A model generated the notes under the pieces. It did not search any database and was not told the DNA's origin. It saw nothing but the letters and a program-made list of their open reading frames with translations. The translations under genes and the position numbers were made by a program. A stretch of DNA of 64,000 nucleotides from Patescibacteria group bacterium UBA2773 (GTDB lineage Bacteria > Patescibacteriota > Minisyncoccia > Moranbacterales > DUUL01), in contig DEIN01000003.1 in the NCBI GenBank assembly GCA_002352465.1, positions 88,933-152,932 of the forward strand. Reading direction: 5' to 3'. Below, piece after piece: positions 1-9,211 of the stretch (positions are counted from its first letter, which is position 1; the number at the start of each line of letters is the position of its first letter).

Positions 1-937
1 GATAAAGAATCTTAAAGATTAAAGCAGAGTCTCCAAATTCAATAAATTTTGCTCGACCAAAAATTGCGTCTTTTTCTGTTTTAACTATTTTTTCAATAAT
101 CCCTGGGATTTCTTTTAATTTCTTACTGCCCGTATTATAAGTAACACCCAAACGAAAACTAGATCTTCTTTTCTCTAATTTACTAAAATTTCGAACTCGA
201 GCTGAAGCAATATCGGTATTAGAAACAACCAACTCTTCTCCATTCAAAGTCGCAATCCGACTAGTTTTTATTCCCACTTTTTTAATAGTTCCTGATTCAG
301 TTCCGGCTTGAACATAATCTCCAACCTTAAAGGGTTGATCCAAAAAAATAGAAAAAGAAGCGAATAAGTCTCCTAAAATTCCCTGAAGAGCAAAAGCGAT
401 CGCGATACCACCAACTCCTAAACCAGCTACTAAAGAAGTGACATCTACTCCCAGATTAGAAAGAATCATCAAAAATCCGACCATCCACAAAACAACTTTG
501 ACAATTTGACTTAACAATTTTATCACTGCCTTTTTATTTTTAGCATCATCTTGACCTTCTATATTTTTTAATAATATTTTATTCAAAATATAATCAATAC
601 TCTTTTGAATAACTAAAATTGCCTGAAAAATCAAAACAACGATAAATAATCCAAAAATAATTCGGTGAATTAAGTCATTTAAACTCAAAGGATGAACTGC
701 TATGTAGAGAGCAACTAAAAGATAAAATGGCGGTTTAAGATCATTGATTACTTGAATCACAAAATCATCAACATCGTTTTTGGTTTTTTGAGATAAATGT
801 TTTAAACGAGCTAAAACAATAATTTTAAAAATTTTAAAAATCAACATTAATCCACCAAACCACAAAATAGCCTGAAAATAATCCCAACCGCTATTGCCGA
901 CTAATTGAAAATCTTTTAAATAATTTATAAGTTCCAT
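1..937 (-). CDS. Small-conductance mechanosensitive channel (MscS family), running off the window edge
   Basis: Not in the ORF track. ATG at 937 (MELINYLKDF...). Manual translation gives GLGVGGIAIAFALQGILGDLFASFSIFLDQPFKVGD, the MscS signature. Confidence 0.9.
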   Translation of the reverse strand, partial: MELINYLKDFQLVGNSGWDYFQAILWFGGLMLIFKIFKIIVLARLKHLSQKTKNDVDDFVIQVINDLKPPFYLLVALYIAVHPLSLNDLIHRIIFGLFIVVLIFQAILVIQKSIDYILNKILLKNIEGQDDAKNKKAVIKLLSQIVKVVLWMVGFLMILSNLGVDVTSLVAGLGVGGIAIAFALQGILGDLFASFSIFLDQPFKVGDYVQAGTESGTIKKVGIKTSRIATLNGEELVVSNTDIASARVRNFSKLEKRRSSFRLGVTYNTGSKKLKEIPGIIEKIVKTEKDAIFGRAKFIEFGDSALIFKILY

Positions 938-1228
938 CTTTTAAAGCTTATTTTTTAAAAAACACCTTCTCTATTGCCCTTTATTTTAAACTATTTTCAT
1001 TTATTTTCAACCCTCTTTCAAAAATATCTCCAACTCAAATAATCTTTTTATCATTTTATTAAACACACGCTATTGACTGGAACCTCTAAAAAGTCTATTA
1101 TAAGTTTATCTTTAAATTTTTTAACTGTGAAATAATACTTACAGTTAAATTTTGTTGCATTGAATTAATTCAATGTTTTAAAAATTGCAAAAGATACTCT
1201 TAATTTAAAAGAACTTAATTCAGCTTAT

Positions 1229-1699
1229 ATGAACCAGAAAATTATTGATTTTAACAAATCGCAGGTCAGAACTGACATCCCTGAAATTCGAACAGGAGAC
1301 GTTATTTGCGTTTATAAGAAGATTAAAGAAGGTGAAAAAGAACGAGTTCAAATGTTTAAAGGATTAGTAATTGCCATTAAGGGACGCCAGAGTTCTTCTC
1401 CAACCATTACCGTTCGAAAAGATTCTCAAGGGATTGGAGTCGAAATGGTTTTACCAATTTACCTTCCTTCCATTGAAAAAATAGAGGTCTTACGACACAG
1501 TAAAATTCGACAAGCCAAACTTTATTATATGCGAGAACGAGCTGGTCGATCAGCCAAGATGAAAATCAAAGATTTTTCCGAAAAAGAAAAAGCTGCTATG
1601 AAAGAAAAAAATAAGAAAGCTACTGCTCCAAAAGAAGTCAAACCAATCGAAGAAGCGATACCCAAAGATAAAGCTAAAAAAATTGAAGAAAAAAACTAA
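1229..1699 (+). CDS. rplS: 50S ribosomal protein L19 with Lys/Glu-rich C-terminal extension
   Basis: GDVICVYKKIKEGEKERVQMFKGLVI...TVRK...GVE...RQAKLYYMRER motifs. Confidence 0.97.
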   Translation: MNQKIIDFNKSQVRTDIPEIRTGDVICVYKKIKEGEKERVQMFKGLVIAIKGRQSSSPTITVRKDSQGIGVEMVLPIYLPSIEKIEVLRHSKIRQAKLYYMRERAGRSAKMKIKDFSEKEKAAMKEKNKKATAPKEVKPIEEAIPKDKAKKIEEKN

Positions 1700-1717
1700 A
1701 TTCTTATAATACCCAAT

Positions 1718-1743
1718 AAACCGCTGACTCTTCAGCGGTTTTC
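1718..1743 (+). terminator. Rho-independent terminator of rplS
   Basis: AAACCGCTGA-ctct-TCAGCGGTTT followed by T. Confidence 0.8.
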
Positions 1744-1846
1744 TAATAAAAAACTAGAAATATTCAACATTCAATAAACAACCCTCATTCAATATTTCAA
1801 CATTCAATAACTAAATATTAAAGAAGAAAAGACAAAATAATTTAAA

Positions 1847-1992
1847 GTTTTAGAGTTTGAATGTAATTTAATCCGTCTTTGCTGAAGCTACACCGAGAAA
1901 AAAATAATTTTGAGCAGTGAGTGAAATGTGCTTAATGGCACATTGAACGAATAGCGGAAAACTCGACAAAAAAGTACGCCAAATTCTAAAAC
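1847..1992. repeat. ~145-bp palindromic intergenic element (REPIN/MITE-like), related to 55254-55372
   Basis: Terminal inverted repeats GTTTTAGAGTTTG/CAAATTCTAAAAC, inner hairpin AATGTGC-ttaatg-GCACATT, then GCGGAAAA...ACAAA. Confidence 0.6.
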
Positions 1993-2001
1993 GTAACTGA
2001 G

Positions 2002-2083
2002 GCCTCGATGGTGGAACTGGTATACACACACGGTTGAGGGCCGTGGCGTTTAACGCATGAGGGTTCAAATCCCTCTCGAGGCA
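2002..2083 (+). tRNA. tRNA-Leu(GAG)
   Basis: Acceptor GCCTCGA/TCGAGGC, anticodon arm CACGG-TTGAGGG-CCGTG, long variable arm, T-arm GAGGG-TTCAAAT-CCCTC. Confidence 0.96.
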
Positions 2084-2084
2084 C

Positions 2085-2112
2085 AAAAAAAATCCCCTGA
2101 GGGGATTTTTTA
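2085..2112 (+). terminator. Bidirectional terminator after tRNA-Leu
   Basis: AAAAATCCCC-tga-GGGGATTTTT. Confidence 0.75.
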
Positions 2113-2249
2113 ATTTTGAATTTCTAATTTTGAATAAATTTTTAATTACCTAATTATTTAATTTTCTAATTATAAAAATTTTATTTATAAATTGAAAAAT
2201 TAAATCATTCAAAATTGATTCAAAATTCAAAATTAGAAATTAAAAATTC
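2111..2249. repeat. AT-rich heptamer-repeat palindrome
   Basis: AATTTTG/AATTTCT units at left mirrored by CAAAATT/AGAAATT units at right; similar units at 5440-5482. Confidence 0.6.
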
Positions 2250-2251
2250 GA

Positions 2252-3256
2252 TTACGCTCCTGCTCCCACTACCACTTTTTTCTCAATAATCACTTTTTTT
2301 TCAACTTCAATTTTCTTAATTTCTTTTTCTTTAACACCATCAATCATTTTCACCCACCAAATCAAAAGATCCATTTTCCAAAGAGCAAAAAAAGCGCTAA
2401 TTACTAATATACAACTAAAAAATATCGTAAAAGAAATAACCCCTAAAACGATAATAACACTTTCCATTAAAAAACCAAATCTAGTAATAAGTAAAAAATA
2501 AGAAGATAATCCTATAACTGCTATCAAAATAAAAATCACACTAATTATAGCTCCCTTAATCAAGCTAATGACAAAAGAAGTTAGACACAACTTAACAAGT
2601 TCTTTTATGTTATTTTTAATAATATTCCAGCTTTTTATGAAAGACTCTTTAATATCAAGATTCCCCAACAACAAAAGAACCTGCACAAAAAGTTTCAAAA
2701 TCGCCAAGCTTAATAAAATTAAACTTCCAACAAGAATGATCCCGCCAAGAATAAATCCAACCAATAATTTATTTTCAGCAAAATAAGCTAAAGCTATCGT
2801 TCCAGCAACAGCCAACAGAAAGGAAAAAACAATAGCTATTACAACCAAATCTAAATAAAATATTTTTTTAAATTTGCTTATACCAACTTCCCAGATTTTT
2901 TTAAAACCTAGAACATATTTTTTATTATTTTGTTTTTTATTTAGTTCTTCAATAACCCCGACTCTAGCAACAATTGAAATCAACCAAAAAATTATACCCA
3001 ACATCAAAGCGACCCCAACGGCCAACAATATCCATTGCCAATATTCAATAAAAAAATTATAGGCTTCTTCTTTGGATACTTGATTCTGTTTTCCCTTAGT
3101 TTGATTATGATTAAAACTCATCGCTCCAACAGAAATAAATATTCCCCAAAACCAGATTGATTTATTTTCCCAAATTCGCCAAAAACCAGCTTCGGCTGCT
3201 TCATAATATTTACTATTTTGAATTTTAGAAAAGAATCCTTGTTGATTGTTTTTCAT
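2252..3256 (-). CDS. Multi-pass membrane protein of unknown function
   Basis: 334 aa with about 6 hydrophobic segments. Confidence 0.8.
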   Translation of the reverse strand: MKNNQQGFFSKIQNSKYYEAAEAGFWRIWENKSIWFWGIFISVGAMSFNHNQTKGKQNQVSKEEAYNFFIEYWQWILLAVGVALMLGIIFWLISIVARVGVIEELNKKQNNKKYVLGFKKIWEVGISKFKKIFYLDLVVIAIVFSFLLAVAGTIALAYFAENKLLVGFILGGIILVGSLILLSLAILKLFVQVLLLLGNLDIKESFIKSWNIIKNNIKELVKLCLTSFVISLIKGAIISVIFILIAVIGLSSYFLLITRFGFLMESVIIVLGVISFTIFFSCILVISAFFALWKMDLLIWWVKMIDGVKEKEIKKIEVEKKVIIEKKVVVGAGA

Positions 3257-3272
3257 ATTTTTATATTTAAAT

Positions 3273-3656
3273 TTAAATCAAAATATTTTTAATTTCTTTT
3301 TTAAGCTCCTTTTTAAAACCAATCAAGTCAGCATATTTTTTTTGGACCATTTTTGAAACACCTTTTTCTCCGGCTCTTTTGTTATTAGCAATGGCATTAG
3401 AAATTGCAATTATTTTTTCAGGATTTATCCATCCTAAAATTGCTTGATGAAAATTTTTATTATCCAACGAATAATAATCCAGCAACACTAAATCAAATTC
3501 TTCAACTACAAAATTTTTCAAAAACTTCTCTGCTAATTCTCCTTCAGAAAAAATTGTCACCGCCATTTGACCCAATTCTGCTTCTAACTCATTCAAAACT
3601 TCCATTATCAATTTTAGAGCTTTTAAATTGTCTTCTAAAATCAGGATCTTAATCAT
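3273..3656 (-). CDS. Stand-alone response regulator receiver domain protein
   Basis: KILILEDN...FDLVLLDY...IIAISN...VQK pattern. Confidence 0.75.
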   Translation of the reverse strand: MIKILILEDNLKALKLIMEVLNELEAELGQMAVTIFSEGELAEKFLKNFVVEEFDLVLLDYYSLDNKNFHQAILGWINPEKIIAISNAIANNKRAGEKGVSKMVQKKYADLIGFKKELKKEIKNILI

Positions 3657-3660
3657 TAAT

Positions 3661-4899
3661 TTAGTTTATAACTATTTTTCGAAAATCTTTTTTACCAACT
3701 TTCAAAATTTTACCGTCATACAATTCCTTACTCAAAATTAATACTCCTACGGATATTTTCTCTCCATCAATACTCACGCCACCTTGTTCAATTTTTCTTT
3801 TAGCGTCCGACTTGCTTTTAGCTAGACCGGCTGACACCATATAATTAATAACATTTTGATATGAATCAGTTGCATCTTCCCATGAAACAATACATTCTTC
3901 AATCTTTTCTGGTATTCCTTTTTTTGAAAAAGTATTCACAAAATCTTCTTGCGCTTTTTGTGCCCCTCCTTCTCCATGAAAAATTCTAGTAATTTCCAGA
4001 GCTAACCTCATTTTTAAGTCTCGAGGATTAACTTCTTCATTTTTCATTTGTTCTCTCATTCTTTCGATTTCGGCCAAAGGAACATCAGTTATCAATTCAA
4101 ATGTATTAGCAATAAATCCATCCGGCCAAGACATCACCGCTCCATAAATATTTTCTGGAGTTTGATCCAAGAAAACCGCGTTGCCTTCACTCTTACCCAT
4201 TTTTTTGCCAGTATCATCCGCTAAAATTTTCAGGGTTATCACAAACTTTTCTCGATTATTAATGGTTCTCTGTAAATCTCTCCCCCGCATCATATTAAAC
4301 ATTTGATCATTCCCACCAATTTCTAAGTCAACATCCATCGCCACTGAATCATAAGCCTGCGCCAAAGGATACAAAAATTCGTGAAGATAAATCGGCCTTT
4401 CTTCATCCATTCTTTTCTTGAACATATCCCGTTGAATCATCTGTTGAACCGTAAAATTTGAAGACAATTTAATTAAATCCCTGAAATTCATTTTGTCGCT
4501 CCATTCACTATTATATCGGACTTCAGCCGGATTTTCTCCTTCAAAATCCAAAAAAGCGCTGGCTTGTTTTTTGTAACCCTCGCAATTTTTTAAAATTTCT
4601 TCTCGAGTCAATTTTGGCCTGGTGGCTGATTTATCAGTCGGATCTCCAATCAAAGCGGTAAAATCTCCAATCAAAAAAATCACCTTGTGTCCCAATTTTT
4701 GAAATTCTCCAAGTTTTTTAATCGAAATAGCGTTTCCAATATGCAAAGACGGCGCTGTTGGATCAAACCCACAATAAAGCTTAATTTGCTTTTCAGACAT
4801 TAAAAGCTTTTTAAATTTTTCTTTTTCGTCCAAGACCTGTTCCACGCCCCTTGTCAAAACTCGCTCCACTAATTTTTCATCGGTTATGATTTTGCTCAT
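3661..4899 (-). CDS. tyrS: Tyrosine--tRNA ligase
   Basis: YCGFDPTAPSLHIGN (HIGH), KMGKS (KMSKS), C-terminal S4 domain. Confidence 0.97.
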   Translation of the reverse strand: MSKIITDEKLVERVLTRGVEQVLDEKEKFKKLLMSEKQIKLYCGFDPTAPSLHIGNAISIKKLGEFQKLGHKVIFLIGDFTALIGDPTDKSATRPKLTREEILKNCEGYKKQASAFLDFEGENPAEVRYNSEWSDKMNFRDLIKLSSNFTVQQMIQRDMFKKRMDEERPIYLHEFLYPLAQAYDSVAMDVDLEIGGNDQMFNMMRGRDLQRTINNREKFVITLKILADDTGKKMGKSEGNAVFLDQTPENIYGAVMSWPDGFIANTFELITDVPLAEIERMREQMKNEEVNPRDLKMRLALEITRIFHGEGGAQKAQEDFVNTFSKKGIPEKIEECIVSWEDATDSYQNVINYMVSAGLAKSKSDAKRKIEQGGVSIDGEKISVGVLILSKELYDGKILKVGKKDFRKIVIN

Positions 4900-4909
4900 T
4901 ATGAATTGT

Positions 4910-5413
4910 TTATTGTTTATTTTTGATTTTCAATGCTTCCCCAACGACCCTATTACTATTAATCGAATTATAAAATTTCAAATCTTTTACTTTTTCTATC
5001 TCAACCCATTCCGCTGAATCTTTATAATCTTTTTCTTCTTCACTAAAATTATCAACTGAAATTTTGCCACCAACTTTTTTGACCAAAAAATAAAAAACTG
5101 GCGCATTCCAATATTCATTTTTGTGTTTCTTCGAATGAGCTGGATGAAAGAAAAAAGTATCACAATAAACTATTTTTCCGACTTCAATCTTCAATCCAGT
5201 CTCCTCCTTGAATTCTCTTTTTAAAGTTTCCTCTAAAGTTTCCTGAACTTTTGCTCCTCCTCCCGGAAAATCATATCCATCCCACTGCTTTGACAATAAG
5301 ACTTTTCCGTCCTCAATTAAAACTCCATAAACCGACGGCCTAAAAATTAATTGTTCCGGTTTCACCTCTTTTTTATTTCCCCAAACATCATGACAAACAA
5401 TTTTCTTTATCAT
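4910..5413 (-). CDS. NUDIX hydrolase
   Basis: FPGGG...ETLEETLKREFKEETGL Nudix box. Confidence 0.9.
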   Translation of the reverse strand: MIKKIVCHDVWGNKKEVKPEQLIFRPSVYGVLIEDGKVLLSKQWDGYDFPGGGAKVQETLEETLKREFKEETGLKIEVGKIVYCDTFFFHPAHSKKHKNEYWNAPVFYFLVKKVGGKISVDNFSEEEKDYKDSAEWVEIEKVKDLKFYNSINSNRVVGEALKIKNKQ

Positions 5414-5486
5414 TAATAAAAAAATTAAAATATTAAGTCATTCAAAATTGAATCAAAATTCAAAATTCAAAATTCAAAATTTTTCT

Positions 5487-7229
5487 CTACATCTTCTCTA
5501 GAGTTTCAATGCCTAATAAACCCAGTCCATTTTTCAAAATCTGACCCGTCGCCATCGCCAATACTAATCTCGACTTTTTTTGAACCTCATTTTCCGCTTT
5601 TTGAATCGAACAATTTTCATAAAATGAATTAAATTTCTGAGCCACTTCGTAAAGATAATTGCAAATAATATGCGGAGCAATTTCGATTCCAGCTCGCAAA
5701 ACCGTATCTGAATACATCAACAAAGCACTAGCTAATTGTTTTTCATGATCAGATTCAAATCTCAAATTATCGTCCCAACCCGAGACTGATCCACCTTTGG
5801 CAGATACTTTTTTTACTATCGAATTGATTCTAATGTATGAATACAAAATAAACGGTCCTGAAAATCCATTCAACTTAATAAATTCCTCCGGATTATAATT
5901 AATGTCCTTGTGAAACTCATGCGATAAAATCAAAAATTTTAATCCCGCTAAAGCTACCTTGTTAATTATTTCCTGTTTTTGTTCTGAAGAATAATCCTTA
6001 TCAATCGCAATTTTTTCTTTAGCTAATTGCATTGCTTCTGCAACAATATCAACGCACTTAATAGTTTTCCCCATTCTCGAGCTAGTCTTTTTTCCATTCA
6101 TCAAAAGCCAGCCAAATGGAACATGTTTGTATTTTCCTTCAAAATTTTTATCAATTTTTTCCAGTACTTTTATCACTGCTTTGAAATAATCTGTCTGTTC
6201 GACCGAAGTCGTCACAATTGCTAAATCCAAATCATATTCCGAAAACTTTTTAACTGCCAAGGCCAAATCCTTAGCTGAATAAGTTGGATTGCCTTCTTTA
6301 GTTAAAAACACCCAAGTATGTAAACCATCCTTTTTTCCTTTGTAAACAATCGCTCCCTGACTCTCCTCAAAAATTTTACCCTGATGTTGTTCTACGATTT
6401 TAATCGCATCTTGGTAGACTTCACTCTCTGGATATTGTCGATCATACTCAATTCCTAATTTCGCAAAAACCTCATTCTGATACTCGATGCTCCACTCTCT
6501 AATTTTTTGATACCATTGATAATTTTTATTATCCGTCTTGGCATAAATATCTTTATTAATCTTTCTAATTTCCGCTTCGGCTTGAGGATTATCCTTGAAG
6601 GCATTAGCTCCCTCAACATAAGCCTCATTAACAAATTCCATTTTCTTATCATTTTTCCAGTCCTCGAATTCACTCGGCAACTCTTTTTTTATCATCGCCC
6701 AAGTCGATTTAGCTACTTGCATCCCCACATCTCCAAAAAAATTAGCTCTTATCACTTCATACCCTAAAGCCTCAAACAATTTAACTACTGATAAACCAGA
6801 AACAGCACTTTTTAAATGACCGACTGTAATCGCTTTATGAGTATTCGGTTGTCCAAACTCCACCATCACTTTTTTCCCTTGCCCCAACTTAGAAAATCCA
6901 TATCGATCACCTTGTTTTAAAATATCAGCTAGAATTTTCTCATAAGCTTTTTGACTAAAATAGAAATTAATAAAACCCGGTTTGGCTACTTCTATTTTTT
7001 CGATCAAAGACTGCGCTACTGAATCAGTCGAAAGTTTTTCTTTAATTATTTCAGCTATTTCTAAAGGATTTTTCTTAACAATTCTCGCCAATTTCATCGC
7101 TACATTAGTTGAATAATCCCCAAATTTTTCTGGAGCCTTATTAATTTCAATTTCGCTTTTTTTCAAATCGTTTTTTTCCCAAAGATTATCAACAATCTTC
7201 AGAATTATTTTTCTAATTTGATCTTTCAT
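5487..7229 (-). CDS. argS: Arginine--tRNA ligase
   Basis: FGDYSTNVAM, PGFINF, VEFGQPNTHK..VGHL, KTSSRMG, C-terminal DALR domain. Confidence 0.96.
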   Translation of the reverse strand: MKDQIRKIILKIVDNLWEKNDLKKSEIEINKAPEKFGDYSTNVAMKLARIVKKNPLEIAEIIKEKLSTDSVAQSLIEKIEVAKPGFINFYFSQKAYEKILADILKQGDRYGFSKLGQGKKVMVEFGQPNTHKAITVGHLKSAVSGLSVVKLFEALGYEVIRANFFGDVGMQVAKSTWAMIKKELPSEFEDWKNDKKMEFVNEAYVEGANAFKDNPQAEAEIRKINKDIYAKTDNKNYQWYQKIREWSIEYQNEVFAKLGIEYDRQYPESEVYQDAIKIVEQHQGKIFEESQGAIVYKGKKDGLHTWVFLTKEGNPTYSAKDLALAVKKFSEYDLDLAIVTTSVEQTDYFKAVIKVLEKIDKNFEGKYKHVPFGWLLMNGKKTSSRMGKTIKCVDIVAEAMQLAKEKIAIDKDYSSEQKQEIINKVALAGLKFLILSHEFHKDINYNPEEFIKLNGFSGPFILYSYIRINSIVKKVSAKGGSVSGWDDNLRFESDHEKQLASALLMYSDTVLRAGIEIAPHIICNYLYEVAQKFNSFYENCSIQKAENEVQKKSRLVLAMATGQILKNGLGLLGIETLEKM

Positions 7230-7301
7230 TTAAAATTTTTAAGTTTATCCTTTAATCTCCTTCATTATACAAGCCCACCCTTAAAAAATCAAGCCAAGAC
7301 A

Positions 7302-7363
7302 TTGTTAAGTAATTAGTTACTTAACAACGAAACTATTGACTAAACTCCAAAAACAACTAAAAT
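7302..7363 (+). promoter_or_regulatory. Inverted repeat plus sigma70-like promoter for tRNA-Asn
   Basis: TTGTTAAGTAA-ttag-TTACTTAACAA (7302-7327); TTGACT (7336)-16 nt-TAAAAT (7358). Confidence 0.5.
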
Positions 7364-7407
7364 ATATGATGTTGAGAAGATGTTTAGTCTTCTTAATTAA
7401 TTTTTAT

Positions 7408-7479
7408 TCCCGGGTAGCTCAGTGGTAGAGCAATTGACTGTTAATCAATCGGTCGTCGGTTCGAATCCGACCCCGGGAG
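7408..7479 (+). tRNA. tRNA-Asn(GTT); integration target
   Basis: Acceptor TCCCGGG/CCCGGGA, anticodon arm ATTGA-CTGTTAA-TCAAT, T-arm GTCGG-TTCGAAT-CCGAC. Confidence 0.97.
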
Positions 7480-9084
7480 CAGTATCGGATTTTGAGCAAA
7501 AAGAACCTTAATTTTTGCCTTATCCAAGCCACTTTTAACAGGTTCGAAGCTATCATAAATAGCTCTTACCTCTGGAACCGCTTCTTTTACTTTTAAGAGC
7601 GGTTTTTGTGCTTTAACAAAGAGTTTTCTGTCTTTTAACAAGAGGTTCGAATCTAGTGCAACCAATATCTCTTTCTTAATTTGCAAATTCCCCGTTTCGA
7701 ATCTGAATCTTGCATTTTCAGCAAATCCTAACAACAGAGAAACTTCTTCTAACCAATCGTCAATCCCCTTGTCACAATCATTTAACTTCTTTTTTATCTC
7801 CTTCTTCTCTCTTTTAAGTTCAAATTTCTTATTTTTAAACTCTTTCTCGTCGATTTCTTCATTGGCTCGCATATCAATTAAATTATCGATTCTCTTAATA
7901 CACGATTGATATTGTTTTTGATGATTTAAAATTATTCTATTCCTATCCCGTGATTCATTTTTATTCTCATCTCTTATCCAATCAAAAGCCCACTCCTTAA
8001 AAGTTTCTGGGACTTCTATTCCCTTCAAAACCTCCGCTATTTGTTTTTCAAGCTCTTTTTTCTCAATGGAAAGTTGAGAACATTTTTTACCGTCTTCAGT
8101 TCTTTTTTGTTTAGTGCAGTGATAATAAGTATAATTGTGTATATTCCCGTTTTTTTGATGTTTAACCTTATCTTCAGCAGTTATTAAAGCTCCACACTCG
8201 CCACAACGAATTAAACCAGTAAAAGCAAACTCGTGAGTTCTTGGTCTTGGTTTCGCTTTTTTGCCTAAAAATAACTGGATTCTATCATATTCATCCTTAG
8301 TTATCATTGGCTCGTGTTTGCCGATATACCAATTCCCGCTGTTTTTTGGATACTCAAACTCACCACAATAAAATGGATTAGAAAATAAATCATAAATCGT
8401 GCTTCTAGCAATTGGCTTTCCTTTAACATTCCTAAACTTCCATTTATTAGTTGCTATTTCTAAAATTTTAGGTGGTGTATAAGCCCCTGAAATCATTAAA
8501 TCAAACATTTTTCTAACCAATTCAAACCTTTCAGGGTCTTTCACAATTATTTTCATCCCTTTATTTTTATCAGGAGTATTTAAATAACCCAAACGAGCAG
8601 GAGCAGGATACCAACCAAGCTCTGCTTTATTTCTCAAGCCCCTTTGAGTATCAACACTTAAATCTTTGATGAATTGATTAGCCATTCCAAGTTCAACCGC
8701 CATAACAATAACATTATCAGTCGGATAATAGCTTCTTCCAAAAGTTTGAATATGTTGAATTACTCCTTGTTGAATCATCCAACTAACCTCTCCTCCGTCA
8801 ATTGGGTTTCTGGCTAACCGATTCAATTTCCAACAAATAATTCCTTGAGCCTCTCCCTTTTTAATCCTAGCCGTCATTTCATTGAAAACTTCTCTCCCAG
8901 GAGCTTTGGCAGATTTTGATTCAGAAAAAATTTTAACTATTTCAAATTTTTCTTGTTTAGCTATTTTTTCTAATTCTTTGATTTGAGATTCAATTGAAGC
9001 CATTTGCCTGTCTTCACTCTCGGAAGATTTTCTAGCATAAAGAAAGTATTTGATTTTTTCATCTTTGTTATTATGTCTATTCAT
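7441..9084 (-). CDS. Large serine recombinase (integrase)
   Basis: YARKSSES catalytic Ser, ESKSAK..GR..F, LNRLARN, recombinase domain, zinc ribbon CGECG...YYHC...C, coiled coil. The 3' end overlaps tRNA-Asn antisense. Confidence 0.95.
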   Translation of the reverse strand: MNRHNNKDEKIKYFLYARKSSESEDRQMASIESQIKELEKIAKQEKFEIVKIFSESKSAKAPGREVFNEMTARIKKGEAQGIICWKLNRLARNPIDGGEVSWMIQQGVIQHIQTFGRSYYPTDNVIVMAVELGMANQFIKDLSVDTQRGLRNKAELGWYPAPARLGYLNTPDKNKGMKIIVKDPERFELVRKMFDLMISGAYTPPKILEIATNKWKFRNVKGKPIARSTIYDLFSNPFYCGEFEYPKNSGNWYIGKHEPMITKDEYDRIQLFLGKKAKPRPRTHEFAFTGLIRCGECGALITAEDKVKHQKNGNIHNYTYYHCTKQKRTEDGKKCSQLSIEKKELEKQIAEVLKGIEVPETFKEWAFDWIRDENKNESRDRNRIILNHQKQYQSCIKRIDNLIDMRANEEIDEKEFKNKKFELKREKKEIKKKLNDCDKGIDDWLEEVSLLLGFAENARFRFETGNLQIKKEILVALDSNLLLKDRKLFVKAQKPLLKVKEAVPEVRAIYDSFEPVKSGLDKAKIKVLFAQNPILLPGSDSNRRPID

Positions 9085-9105
9085 AACTTTAAAATAAAAC
9101 TAAAA

Positions 9106-9208
9106 GGACGGTTCTAGTCAATCCAACGCATTCGCTGAGAATTTGTCGGTAGAACCGCCCATTTAGTGGGACAAAAATACCTCAGTGAATATAAATTGTT
9201 GGATTGAC
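9106..9208 (-). ncRNA. Candidate structured leader RNA of the serine recombinase
   Basis: Nested stems 9117-27/9198-208, 9130-39/9181-90, 9142-47/9170-75; internal segment 9150-60 complementary to 9106-16. Confidence 0.55.
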
Positions 9209-9211
9209 AAT

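Noticed and set aside
1868-2086. 72-aa minus-strand ORF
   Set aside because: Antisense shadow of tRNA-Leu and the palindromic element.
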